A stretch of DNA of 64,000 nucleotides from an uncultured Pelagibacteraceae bacterium (GTDB taxonomy: Bacteria > Pseudomonadota > Alphaproteobacteria > Pelagibacterales > Pelagibacteraceae): assembly GCA_902560075.1 (NCBI GenBank), contig CACEKE010000001.1, forward strand, positions 211,207-275,206. Direction: 5' to 3'. How positions within the stretch are numbered: position 1 is the stretch's first letter; each line of letters starts with the position of its first letter. The notes under the pieces are model-generated. The model had not been told where the DNA came from, did no database searches, and worked only from the letters and a program-made list of their open reading frames with translations. Below are positions 36,054-45,268 of the stretch, piece by piece. Position numbers and translations under genes: made by a program.

Positions 36054-37835
36054 TTACTTTTTAAGTATTTTTAATTTCAATTCTTCCAGCTGCGACTCTG
36101 ATATGTCTGATGGTGCGTTCATCATTAAATCCTGAGCATTTTGATTCATAGGAAACATTGTTACTTCTCTAATATTTTTCTCGTTAGCTAAAAGCATTAT
36201 AATTCTATCAATACCTGGTGCAATTCCACCATGTGGAGGAGCACCAAAACTTAAGGCATTTATCATGCCACTAAATTTTTCTTCTACATCAGATTCATTG
36301 TATCCTGCGACCGAAAAAAGCTTGTACATTAAACTCGGAATATGATTCCTTATAGCTCCAGATGAAAGTTCTATACCGTTACAAACTATATCATATTGAA
36401 AGGCCTTAATATTTAATGGATCTTGAAAGTTTAGTTCTTCAATTTTTCCTTGCGGCATTGAAAAAGGATTGTGGCTAAACTTAATTTGTTTTGTTTTTTC
36501 ATCCAATTCAAACATTGGATAATCAACGATCCAACAAAAAGCAAAACTATTTTGATTAATTATATCTAGCTCTTTTGCTATTTTATCTCTTGCAATTGAA
36601 AGTAGTTTTTCAACATCTTTTTTATTACCACAAGAGAAAAATATGCTATCTCCAACCTCGGCATCAGTAATTTGCATTATTTCCCTTAGAGATTCCTCTG
36701 TAAAAAATTTTCCAACTGGACCCTTTGCATTTAATTTTTCTTCTTTAAGAATTGAAAAATAAGCAAGACCTGATGAACCTTCACTTTTGGCCCATTTATC
36801 AATACTATCAAAAAAACTTCTAGGTTTATTTATTGTATTTTTTGTAACTATACATCTTACAATGTTTCCTTTAGATACTAATTTCTTAAAAATTTCGAAC
36901 TTTACATCCTCTCTAGTAAAAATTTTTGTGACATCTTTAATTATTAAAGGATTTCTTAAGTCAGGTTTATCCGTGCCATACTTTAACATTGCCTCATCAA
37001 ATGGTATTTGTGGAAATTTGTTATATAATATTTCATTTTTTGAGAATGTTTTAAAAACATCAATCATTAAATCCTCAATTATTCTAAAGATATCTTCTTG
37101 TTCGACAAAAGACATTTCAATATCAAGTTGATAAAATTCTCCTGGACTTCTATCTGCTCTTGCGTCTTCGTCTCTAAAACATGGTGCAATCTGAAAGTAT
37201 TTATCAAAACCTGACACCATAATTAATTGTTTAAATTGCTGTGGTGCCTGAGGTAAGGCATAAAATTTGCCAGGATTTAATCTGCTTGGAACAAGAAAAT
37301 CTCTTGCTCCCTCGGGGCTTGATGATGTTAAAATTGGAGTTTGATATTCAAGAAAACCCAAACCAGTCATTTTATTTCTTATAAATGATATTACTTTAGA
37401 CCTTAAAATAATATTCTCATGAATTTTTTTCCTCCTTAAATCTAAAAATCGATATTTCAGTCTTATTTCTTCAGAATACTCTTGATCGCTAAATACAGGC
37501 ATTGGCAGCTCTTTGCATTCGCCTAAAAGTAAATAGTTTTTTAAATATATCTCAATTTCTCCAGTTTTAATATCTGGGTTTATAGTTTCCTTTGATCTTT
37601 CAACAACTTTACCTACAACTTTTATAACACTTTCTAATTGTAATTTTTCTAGTTCGGAAAAACTTTTATTATTTTTCTCTACTACACATTGGGTTATTCC
37701 ATAATTGTCTCTTAAATCTATAAACAGCAAATTTCCATGATCACGTTTTTTATTTATCCATCCAGATAATGATACATCTGTATTTTTATTTTTTGAGGTT
37801 AATTCTCCACAATTATGAGTCCGATATTTATTCAA
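36054..37835 (-). CDS. aspS: Aspartyl-tRNA synthetase
   Basis: 593 aa with class II motifs (FRDEDARADRSPGEFYQLD, GGIAPGIDR) and an N-terminal OB anticodon-binding domain. Confidence 0.95.
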   Translation of the reverse strand: MNKYRTHNCGELTSKNKNTDVSLSGWINKKRDHGNLLFIDLRDNYGITQCVVEKNNKSFSELEKLQLESVIKVVGKVVERSKETINPDIKTGEIEIYLKNYLLLGECKELPMPVFSDQEYSEEIRLKYRFLDLRRKKIHENIILRSKVISFIRNKMTGLGFLEYQTPILTSSSPEGARDFLVPSRLNPGKFYALPQAPQQFKQLIMVSGFDKYFQIAPCFRDEDARADRSPGEFYQLDIEMSFVEQEDIFRIIEDLMIDVFKTFSKNEILYNKFPQIPFDEAMLKYGTDKPDLRNPLIIKDVTKIFTREDVKFEIFKKLVSKGNIVRCIVTKNTINKPRSFFDSIDKWAKSEGSSGLAYFSILKEEKLNAKGPVGKFFTEESLREIMQITDAEVGDSIFFSCGNKKDVEKLLSIARDKIAKELDIINQNSFAFCWIVDYPMFELDEKTKQIKFSHNPFSMPQGKIEELNFQDPLNIKAFQYDIVCNGIELSSGAIRNHIPSLMYKLFSVAGYNESDVEEKFSGMINALSFGAPPHGGIAPGIDRIIMLLANEKNIREVTMFPMNQNAQDLMMNAPSDISESQLEELKLKILKK

Positions 37836-37841
37836 TTTACC

Positions 37842-38498
37842 CTACAACAAGTTTTTAATAATATTTAAGTTAATCGATTTCTTTTTTTTTAAGCTTATTT
37901 CATCAACTTTATATATAAAATTTGATATTTTTCTATAAGATCTATCTATTCTTTTTACTATATAATCAATTAGTCTTTTCTCAACTTTGATTTGCATATC
38001 AGAAAAATTTTTTAAAATAAGTGCAAAAATTAGATCGTCATCTGGATCTTTTATCTCCGCTAAAATACAATTTTTAGCTCTCGAGCTTAAATCAGAAAGT
38101 TTAAAACTTATTTTACTTAATGGTATATTTGAATTTATAATTAAGTATTTATTATCTTGATCAACTAAATTGAATAAAGAATAAATCAACTTCTCATCAA
38201 TCTTATTTTCAAAATTTTCTAGTATTAATTTTTCATGAAGTTTCAATGATTTAAAAAATTCGTTATTTAATTGGTTTTCTGTAAATTTTAATGCTTTATA
38301 CTTTTGATTAAATATTTCTGCTAAATGAGATTTACCAGAATATTTTTCACCGTAAATATTAACAATATTTTTTTCCCATTTTGGCCAAGTTTCAATAAGT
38401 TTAAATGCAAAATAATTACTACTACTCACATAAAAATCGTCATAGTTAAAATTTTGATTTTGATTAAAATTTAATAGTTGCTGGTTCAAATCACTCAT
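37842..38498 (-). CDS. hdaA: DnaA-related regulatory protein (Hda/HdaA-like)
   Basis: 218 aa with a degenerate Walker A (YGEKYSGKSHL). Its size and position next to the purMN locus are as in other proteobacteria. Confidence 0.65.
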   Translation of the reverse strand: MSDLNQQLLNFNQNQNFNYDDFYVSSSNYFAFKLIETWPKWEKNIVNIYGEKYSGKSHLAEIFNQKYKALKFTENQLNNEFFKSLKLHEKLILENFENKIDEKLIYSLFNLVDQDNKYLIINSNIPLSKISFKLSDLSSRAKNCILAEIKDPDDDLIFALILKNFSDMQIKVEKRLIDYIVKRIDRSYRKISNFIYKVDEISLKKKKSINLNIIKNLL

Positions 38499-39580
38499 TT
38501 AATTAGCCAAATCTCATTAGTATAATCTATTTTGAAATTTCTATCCTCAAAATTTCTAATAAATTTTTTAGGAGTACTATTGTAAATTATTTTATAAATC
38601 GTCTCATTATTTGTAATGGACTCAACATAATAATTATAAACTAAATCTGAACTAATCAATTCCTTTTCAAATCTTTTTAATAATTTTAAATCTTTAGAGT
38701 CTACCAATATTGTTAATGGTAGTTTTATAGATATGTTTACTAGATTCTCTTTTTTCCAAAAATTTTCATAATTAGTTTTTAAATCTTTTATAATACTTAA
38801 AATTTTTTCAATATTTTTTAGATTAACATCTTTAAATTCAGTATTTGATATAGTCAATTTACCATTAAAATTTATTTTAGATAAAACATTTATATTATTA
38901 TTATTCTGAAAAAAAATTGTTACTATAAAATCATTGTTATATTTAGATAACAAGTTTTTAAAATTATAATTTTCAATATTTTCTAAATTTTTTTTAATAA
39001 TAGAATAATCCTCTAAATCTTCACTTGGTAGAATATAAGTTAATAATTCTGACTGATCTATAAATTTATTCCAATTTGAATAGAATGTATTATTTAAATA
39101 GATTGATAGATCATTTGAATTCAAATTAATAAATATTGGTAAAAATATAATTTTTTTATAAATGGGAATAGCTGGAGTAATATTTTTTTTGTATAAAAAA
39201 TTTAAAACTTTTTTTTTTTCAAACGATACATTAATTTTAGCTAGATAATTATTTTCAATAAACTGTTCATCTGTAATTGTAAATGATTCCACCATTGATT
39301 TTATAAACTTTGTGTTAACTTTCTTAACTTGATTTAAATCATCAGAAATTACAATTTTAGCAATTAAAACATTAAAAGCAGATCTAAATGCCCTATCAAT
39401 AATCATATCTTTTTTAAAATTAACACTGTAAGGTTCAATTATTTCCACATTTTCAACTATGTAGTTTTTAGCTTTAGAATATTCTGTTGAAAAGATTATT
39501 AAATAAATAAACAATGCCAAAAAAAGCGTATATATTTTTAATTGTTTTTTTTTATTTAAATTAAAACAAAAAATATTCAT
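38495..39580 (-). CDS. Exported hypothetical protein (position equivalent to DUF2066 between hda and purM)
   Basis: About 361 aa from ATG 39580 (MNIFCFNLNKKKQLKIYTLFLALFIYLIIFS..., signal-peptide-like). The track ORF starts at 39637. The family assignment rests on synteny only. Confidence 0.45.
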   Translation of the reverse strand: MNIFCFNLNKKKQLKIYTLFLALFIYLIIFSTEYSKAKNYIVENVEIIEPYSVNFKKDMIIDRAFRSAFNVLIAKIVISDDLNQVKKVNTKFIKSMVESFTITDEQFIENNYLAKINVSFEKKKVLNFLYKKNITPAIPIYKKIIFLPIFINLNSNDLSIYLNNTFYSNWNKFIDQSELLTYILPSEDLEDYSIIKKNLENIENYNFKNLLSKYNNDFIVTIFFQNNNNINVLSKINFNGKLTISNTEFKDVNLKNIEKILSIIKDLKTNYENFWKKENLVNISIKLPLTILVDSKDLKLLKRFEKELISSDLVYNYYVESITNNETIYKIIYNSTPKKFIRNFEDRNFKIDYTNEIWLIK

Positions 39581-40610
39581 GAGAAAAAGTAATCTAACAT
39601 ATAGAAAAAGCGGAGTTAATATAAAAGCTGCAGACAAATTTGTTAACTATATTTCATCTTTAGCTAAAAAACACAATAATAACAATGAATCTAAAAATAT
39701 TGGAGGTTTCGGATCAATTTCCAAAATACCAAAATCTTACTCAAACGGTTATTTAGTAGCAAGCACAGATGGTGTTGGAACTAAAATAGAAATAGCGAAT
39801 GATTTAAGCAAATTTGATACTATTGGAATAGATTTAGTTGCCATGAGTGTAAATGATCTTATAGTTCAAGGAGCTAAACCATTTATATTTCTTGATTATA
39901 TATCAATAGATAAGATTAATTTAAAAAAACTTAAATTAATAATTAAAGGTATATCAAAAGGGTGTAAATTGTCTGAATGTATATTGGTCGGTGGTGAAAC
40001 TGCTGAGATGCCCGGTACATACACGAAAGGTAAATTTGATCTTGCGGGTTTTGCGGTCGGATTTGTTAAAAAAAAAAATATTATAAATAAGAAAGATTTA
40101 AGAAGTGGTGATCTTATTTTAGCAATTCCATCGAATGGTCTTCACTCAAATGGATATTCTTTAGTAAGGCATATATTAAAAAAAAATAATATTAAAATAA
40201 ATAAAAATTCATTCCTAAAAAAAGAATTAATAAGACCCACCAAAATATATACTCAAGAAATTTTAGATCTAAACAGAAATAGATTGATAAAAGGTTGTGC
40301 AAATATTACTGGTGGCGGATTGAAAGATAATATTTCTAGGGTCATTCCAAAAGGATTATCTGCGGAAATTGATCTAAGTAAAATAAAAACTTTGAAAATT
40401 TTTAAGTGGATAAAAAAATTCAATATTTCTGATAAGGAGATGATTAAGACATTTAATTGTGGAGTTGGTTTTTGCATTATTATTAATAAGAATAATTTGA
40501 ATAAGATAAATAAATTTTTTAATCCAAAATTTAAACCTTACGTTATAGGGAAGATAATCAAAGAAAAAAAATCAGTTATATTAAATGGTAAAATTGATTG
40601 GAGTAAATAA
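39579..40610 (+). CDS. purM: Phosphoribosylformylglycinamidine cyclo-ligase
   Basis: 343 aa with LTYRKSGVNI, STDGVGTK and GGETAEMPG motifs. Confidence 0.95.
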   Translation: MRKSNLTYRKSGVNIKAADKFVNYISSLAKKHNNNNESKNIGGFGSISKIPKSYSNGYLVASTDGVGTKIEIANDLSKFDTIGIDLVAMSVNDLIVQGAKPFIFLDYISIDKINLKKLKLIIKGISKGCKLSECILVGGETAEMPGTYTKGKFDLAGFAVGFVKKKNIINKKDLRSGDLILAIPSNGLHSNGYSLVRHILKKNNIKINKNSFLKKELIRPTKIYTQEILDLNRNRLIKGCANITGGGLKDNISRVIPKGLSAEIDLSKIKTLKIFKWIKKFNISDKEMIKTFNCGVGFCIIINKNNLNKINKFFNPKFKPYVIGKIIKEKKSVILNGKIDWSK

Positions 40611-41166
40611 AATAAATACTTCAGTATTTATATCAGGTAAAGGCACTAATTTAAAAAACTTAATTAAATTTTCAAAGTCAAATAACTCGCCAATTAAAAT
40701 TAATATAGTTATCTCAAATCAAAAAAAAGCTTATGGGATTAAATACGCAAAAAAAAATAAAATTAAGATTAAAATTATAAATTTTTCGAAAAAGCATGAA
40801 GTTAATCAATTATTAAAAATTTTAAAATTTAATAATATAAGATTAATATGTTTAGCGGGATTTCTCAAAATTTTATCAAAAGATTTTATTAAGTCATTTA
40901 AAGGAAAAATTATAAATATTCATCCTTCATTGTTACCTAAGTACAAAGGTCTCAATACTCATGAAAGAGTTTTAGAAAACAATGAAAAATTTACTGGATG
41001 TTCAGTTCATTTCGTAAATGAAAAATTGGATGGTGGTAAAATTATTTTACAGAAAAAGATAAAAATATTTAAAAAAGACGATATAAAAAGTTTAAAAAAA
41101 AGGGTTTTAAAAGAAGAATATAAGTTATATCCGAAATCAATTATTAAAATATTGTCTAATTATTGA
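40585..41166 (+). CDS. purN: Phosphoribosylglycinamide formyltransferase
   Basis: 193 aa with ISGKGTNL, INIHPSLLP and GCSVHFV motifs. The only ATG gives a 26-nt overlap with purM. Confidence 0.9.
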   Translation: MVKLIGVNKINTSVFISGKGTNLKNLIKFSKSNNSPIKINIVISNQKKAYGIKYAKKNKIKIKIINFSKKHEVNQLLKILKFNNIRLICLAGFLKILSKDFIKSFKGKIINIHPSLLPKYKGLNTHERVLENNEKFTGCSVHFVNEKLDGGKIILQKKIKIFKKDDIKSLKKRVLKEEYKLYPKSIIKILSNY

Positions 41167-41566
41167 AAAAAAAATCTATTTCTTTCTTGGCATTTTCTTC
41201 GCTATCAGATCCATGAACTGAATTTTTATCAATAGAAAGACCATATTTTTTACGTATTGTGCCCTCTTTTGCATCCTCTGGATTAGTGGCACCCATTAAC
41301 TCTCTATTTGCTTGAACTGCATTTTCTTTGCTTAAAATCATAACAACTATTGGACTTGATGATAAATAATTACATAAATCCTCATAAAATGGCTTTGTTT
41401 GATGAACTATATAAAATTTCTCAGCTTCTTCTTTCGAAATCTTTATTTTTTTTTCACTTATTATTTCAAAACCGTTTTTTTTAAATATGCTTTTAATTTC
41501 TTCGGTTAAATTTCTCTGTACAGCGTCAGGCTTGATAATTGAAAGTGTTTTTTGAATATTACTCAT
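41156..41566 (-). CDS. ndk: Nucleoside diphosphate kinase
   Basis: 136 aa with the active-site NSVHGSDS. Confidence 0.95.
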   Translation of the reverse strand: MSNIQKTLSIIKPDAVQRNLTEEIKSIFKKNGFEIISEKKIKISKEEAEKFYIVHQTKPFYEDLCNYLSSSPIVVMILSKENAVQANRELMGATNPEDAKEGTIRKKYGLSIDKNSVHGSDSEENAKKEIDFFFNN

Positions 41567-43007
41567 AATATTTATCTATTAGTTGATTTAGAAGTCTAAC
41601 TCCAAATCCTGTTGCACCACTTGGATTTAAATTTGCAGCTTTCTTTGAAAAAGCCATACCTGCTATATCTAAATGTGCCCATGGAGTATTTTTTAGGATA
41701 AATCTTTGTAAAAATTGTGCTGCAGTAATTGAACCTGCTCCTCCCGAATAATTAATATTTTGCACATCTGCAATCGAAGAATTTATTAATTTATCATAAT
41801 TTTTATTTAAAGGTAATCTCCAAACTTTTTCATTAACTTCTAAACCCGCTTTGTATAATTTTTCTGACAATTCATCATTATTTGAAAATAAACCTGCATA
41901 TTCCTCTCCAAGAGAAACAATGATTGCTCCTGTCAAGGTAGCTAAGTCTATAATAAATTTTGGTTTGAACTTTTTTTCAGTAAATGTTAATGCGTCTGCT
42001 AAAACCAATCTTCCTTCTGCATCTGTATTTAAAACTTCAATAGTTTTACCACTGTATGATTTTACTATATCTCCGGGTCTTTGAGCATTTCCACCTGGCA
42101 TATTTTCAACAAGACCTACTACTCCTACAACATTTATTTTTGCTTTTCTTAAAGCAAGACTTTGCATTAAACCAGAAACTACTGCCGAGCCAGCCATATC
42201 ATATTTCATTTCTTCCATGAATCTTGCAGGTTTTAACGAAATTCCCCCTGTATCAAAACAAACACCTTTTCCAACAAAGGAAAATAGTTTGCTTCTATTT
42301 TTTTTATTACCATAATATTCTAATGTAACTAAGTATGACTCCTTAGAGCTCCCTCTTCCAACTCCTAAAAGAGAATTCATACCTAATTTTTTCATTCTAG
42401 CCTCATTATAAACTGTAACTTTAATTCCAATTTTTTTTAATTTTAGCAATCGATTTACATATTCTTTAGGGAAAAGAACATTCGGTGGTTCAGATACAAG
42501 ATCACGAGCAAAATTAACCCCTGTTTCAATAGAGTTAAACTTTTGAATATTTATTTTGTCTTTTTTCGATGTATTAATTAAAGCTTCAATTAAAAATGAA
42601 TTTTTTTTTTGTGAGCCTTTGTATAAGTTAAATTCATAAGATTTAATTTTTAAACCATGGATAAAATGATTAAAATTATCAACATCCATAAAATTTTTTG
42701 ATATCGAAATTTTTTGAAATATATTTTTTTTTAAATATTCATAAAATTTTGCTCCAAGATACTCAAAGTCACTAGTTTTAAAATTTTTTTTGACAGAAAT
42801 TAAAATAATTATTTTGTTATCTAAATTTACGTGGAAAATATTGTCTGAATTAGCTTTTTTAAGATTTATTAATTTTTTTAATTTTATTATTTCTGCTTTA
42901 GACAAAGAATTTATTTCGCTCATTGTAAAATTTTCACCAGTGAAAATGGCTTGAATTTTAGAATTTGCTATTTTTTTGATATTTTTATAGACAACTTGAA
43001 CACTCAT
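41559..43007 (-). CDS. pepA: Leucyl aminopeptidase (M17)
   Basis: 482 aa with VGKGVCFDTGG and NTDAEGRL motifs. Confidence 0.9.
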   Translation of the reverse strand: MSVQVVYKNIKKIANSKIQAIFTGENFTMSEINSLSKAEIIKLKKLINLKKANSDNIFHVNLDNKIIILISVKKNFKTSDFEYLGAKFYEYLKKNIFQKISISKNFMDVDNFNHFIHGLKIKSYEFNLYKGSQKKNSFLIEALINTSKKDKINIQKFNSIETGVNFARDLVSEPPNVLFPKEYVNRLLKLKKIGIKVTVYNEARMKKLGMNSLLGVGRGSSKESYLVTLEYYGNKKNRSKLFSFVGKGVCFDTGGISLKPARFMEEMKYDMAGSAVVSGLMQSLALRKAKINVVGVVGLVENMPGGNAQRPGDIVKSYSGKTIEVLNTDAEGRLVLADALTFTEKKFKPKFIIDLATLTGAIIVSLGEEYAGLFSNNDELSEKLYKAGLEVNEKVWRLPLNKNYDKLINSSIADVQNINYSGGAGSITAAQFLQRFILKNTPWAHLDIAGMAFSKKAANLNPSGATGFGVRLLNQLIDKYYE

Positions 43008-43067
43008 AATTTTTAAAATATAAATTTAAGAAAGTGATATATATATGAATAATATTAACTCAATTCA

Positions 43068-44180
43068 ATGGAAAAATTAATTTTTAGAAAATTTTTTTTT
43101 GATATTTTTGGTTTTTTTTTAATAGGTATTTTATGTTTAAGTTTAATAGTTTGGGTAATTCAAGCGGTAAACTATCTAGATTTTGTATCCGAAGATGGAC
43201 ATAGTTTTAAAGTTTATTTGTATTATACTTTTCTGAGCTTTCCTAAAATATTCTCTCGTTTATTACTTTTTATTTTTTTCATATCTATATTTTATACAAT
43301 TTTAAGATATGAGGAAAAAAATGAGCTAGTTATACTCTGGACTAATGGGATAAAAAAAAAAAAATTTTTGAATTTTATAATTAAAATTTCATTTTTATTA
43401 ATTATTGTACAAATCATATTAAATGCTTTTATTGTTCCTAAAAGCCAGGATGTAGCAAGGTCATATATTAGATCATCTAATATCGATTATTTTCCATCAT
43501 TGTTAAAATCTAAAAAATTTATAAATGCAGTTGAAGGATTAACGATATTTATCGATAAAAAAAATGATAAAGGACGGCTTGAAAATATTTTTTTGAAGGA
43601 GGGTAACGCCGAGTTTTCACAAATAATTTTAGCGAAAAAAGGTCTACTTAAAAGAATTAATAAAGAATATTATCTAGAATTATACAATGGAAGTATAATT
43701 GACAGAAGTGGAAGTAGCACTAACTTAATTACATTTGACCAAACTAAATTTAATCTTTCAAATTTTACAACAAAAACAACAATTGCTCCCAAAATTCAAG
43801 AGCAACCAACTAGACTACTAATAAAATGTATAAGAAATATTTATAAATATGATTTGGAATTTATTGAAAGAAATTTAAATTGCAATAAAAATAGTATATC
43901 TGTAGTTAATGAGGAAATATATAAAAGACTTATAGTGCCATTTTATATTCTAATTATAAGTTTAGTTGGAAGTTGTCTAGCACTTAAATCAGAATTACAA
44001 AATAATTTTAATAGACACAAGATATTAGTTTTTTTAGTGGGAATAATTTTTATAATACTTTCACAAATACTCAGCAAGTATTCAGGTGAATTTATATTAA
44101 AAAATATTTCGATTTTAATTATGCCTTTTTTATTTAGCTTAATGTCTTATATATTTATCCAATATAAATTAAAAGAATAG
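43068..44180 (+). CDS. lptF: LPS export ABC permease LptF (YjgP/YjgQ family)
   Basis: 370 aa with 6 TM segments and a periplasmic beta-jellyroll-sized loop. It is divergent from pepA and followed by a paralogue. Confidence 0.8.
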   Translation: MEKLIFRKFFFDIFGFFLIGILCLSLIVWVIQAVNYLDFVSEDGHSFKVYLYYTFLSFPKIFSRLLLFIFFISIFYTILRYEEKNELVILWTNGIKKKKFLNFIIKISFLLIIVQIILNAFIVPKSQDVARSYIRSSNIDYFPSLLKSKKFINAVEGLTIFIDKKNDKGRLENIFLKEGNAEFSQIILAKKGLLKRINKEYYLELYNGSIIDRSGSSTNLITFDQTKFNLSNFTTKTTIAPKIQEQPTRLLIKCIRNIYKYDLEFIERNLNCNKNSISVVNEEIYKRLIVPFYILIISLVGSCLALKSELQNNFNRHKILVFLVGIIFIILSQILSKYSGEFILKNISILIMPFLFSLMSYIFIQYKLKE

Positions 44181-44182
44181 AT

Positions 44183-45268
44183 ATGAAATTGTTAAGTGGT
44201 CATAAAAATTATTTAATCAAACTTTATTTAAAAAATTTTTTTATTGTAACTTTAATTTTTGCTAGTTTAATTTTTGTATTAAATGTACTTGAAGAAGTAA
44301 GTTTTTTTAACAATCTAAATTTAGGAATATATTATCCGTTACTTTTTACATTTTTGAACGTTCCATCAATTATTTTTCAAATATTTCCCTTTATATTTTT
44401 AATAACTACTCAGCTTTTTTTTATTAATCTGTTTAATAAGAATGAATTAATATTATTAAAAAATTATGGAGTAACCAATTTTGATATCATAAAAATTATT
44501 GCATATTTAACATTCGTATTGGGAATTGTTATTATAATTGCTTTCCATACATTTGCTTCAAGTTTAAAACATAATTATTTAAATTTTAAAAATAATTTTA
44601 CTGATGATAATAAGTATCTTGCTGTAATTAACGAAGAAGGATTATGGATTAAAGATGAGGTTGAAGATAAAATAAATATTATTAATGCTGAGGTAATTGA
44701 AAAAAACATACTCAAAAATATATCTATTAATCAGTTAGATAATAATTTTACACTTATTAACACAATAATTGCCGATACAGCTAACATTAAAGAGAAAAAT
44801 TGGATTATAAATAATTCAAGGGAGTATGATGATACGGGAAAAATAATAAAAAAAGATGTAATGCTTTTCAAAAGTAATTTTGACTATCTAAAAGTTAATA
44901 ATTTGTTCTCTAATCTTTCGTCTTTAAATTTAATACAATTGAAAAACCAGTACAACGATTACAAATCATTAGGATACTCAACATTAGATGTTGAAAGTGA
45001 ATTGCATAAAATATTATCTATGCCAGTTAATTTTATAATAATGATATTAATTGGATCGATACTAATGATGAATATAAAGTATAATAAATCTAAAATTTTT
45101 AATATAATATTAGGAGTTATTTTATCTGTTTTGATTTATTATTTAAATTATGTATTTAACATAATGGGAATAAACGAGAGAATACCAGTTTTTTTATCTG
45201 TATGGTTCCCTATATTTATATTGTCATTATTCTCAACTATAGGTTTAATAAAAATTAATGAAAAATAA
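44183..45268 (+). CDS. lptG: LPS export ABC permease LptG (YjgP/YjgQ family)
   Basis: 361 aa and paralogous in architecture to the preceding gene. Confidence 0.8.
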   Translation: MKLLSGHKNYLIKLYLKNFFIVTLIFASLIFVLNVLEEVSFFNNLNLGIYYPLLFTFLNVPSIIFQIFPFIFLITTQLFFINLFNKNELILLKNYGVTNFDIIKIIAYLTFVLGIVIIIAFHTFASSLKHNYLNFKNNFTDDNKYLAVINEEGLWIKDEVEDKINIINAEVIEKNILKNISINQLDNNFTLINTIIADTANIKEKNWIINNSREYDDTGKIIKKDVMLFKSNFDYLKVNNLFSNLSSLNLIQLKNQYNDYKSLGYSTLDVESELHKILSMPVNFIIMILIGSILMMNIKYNKSKIFNIILGVILSVLIYYLNYVFNIMGINERIPVFLSVWFPIFILSLFSTIGLIKINEK

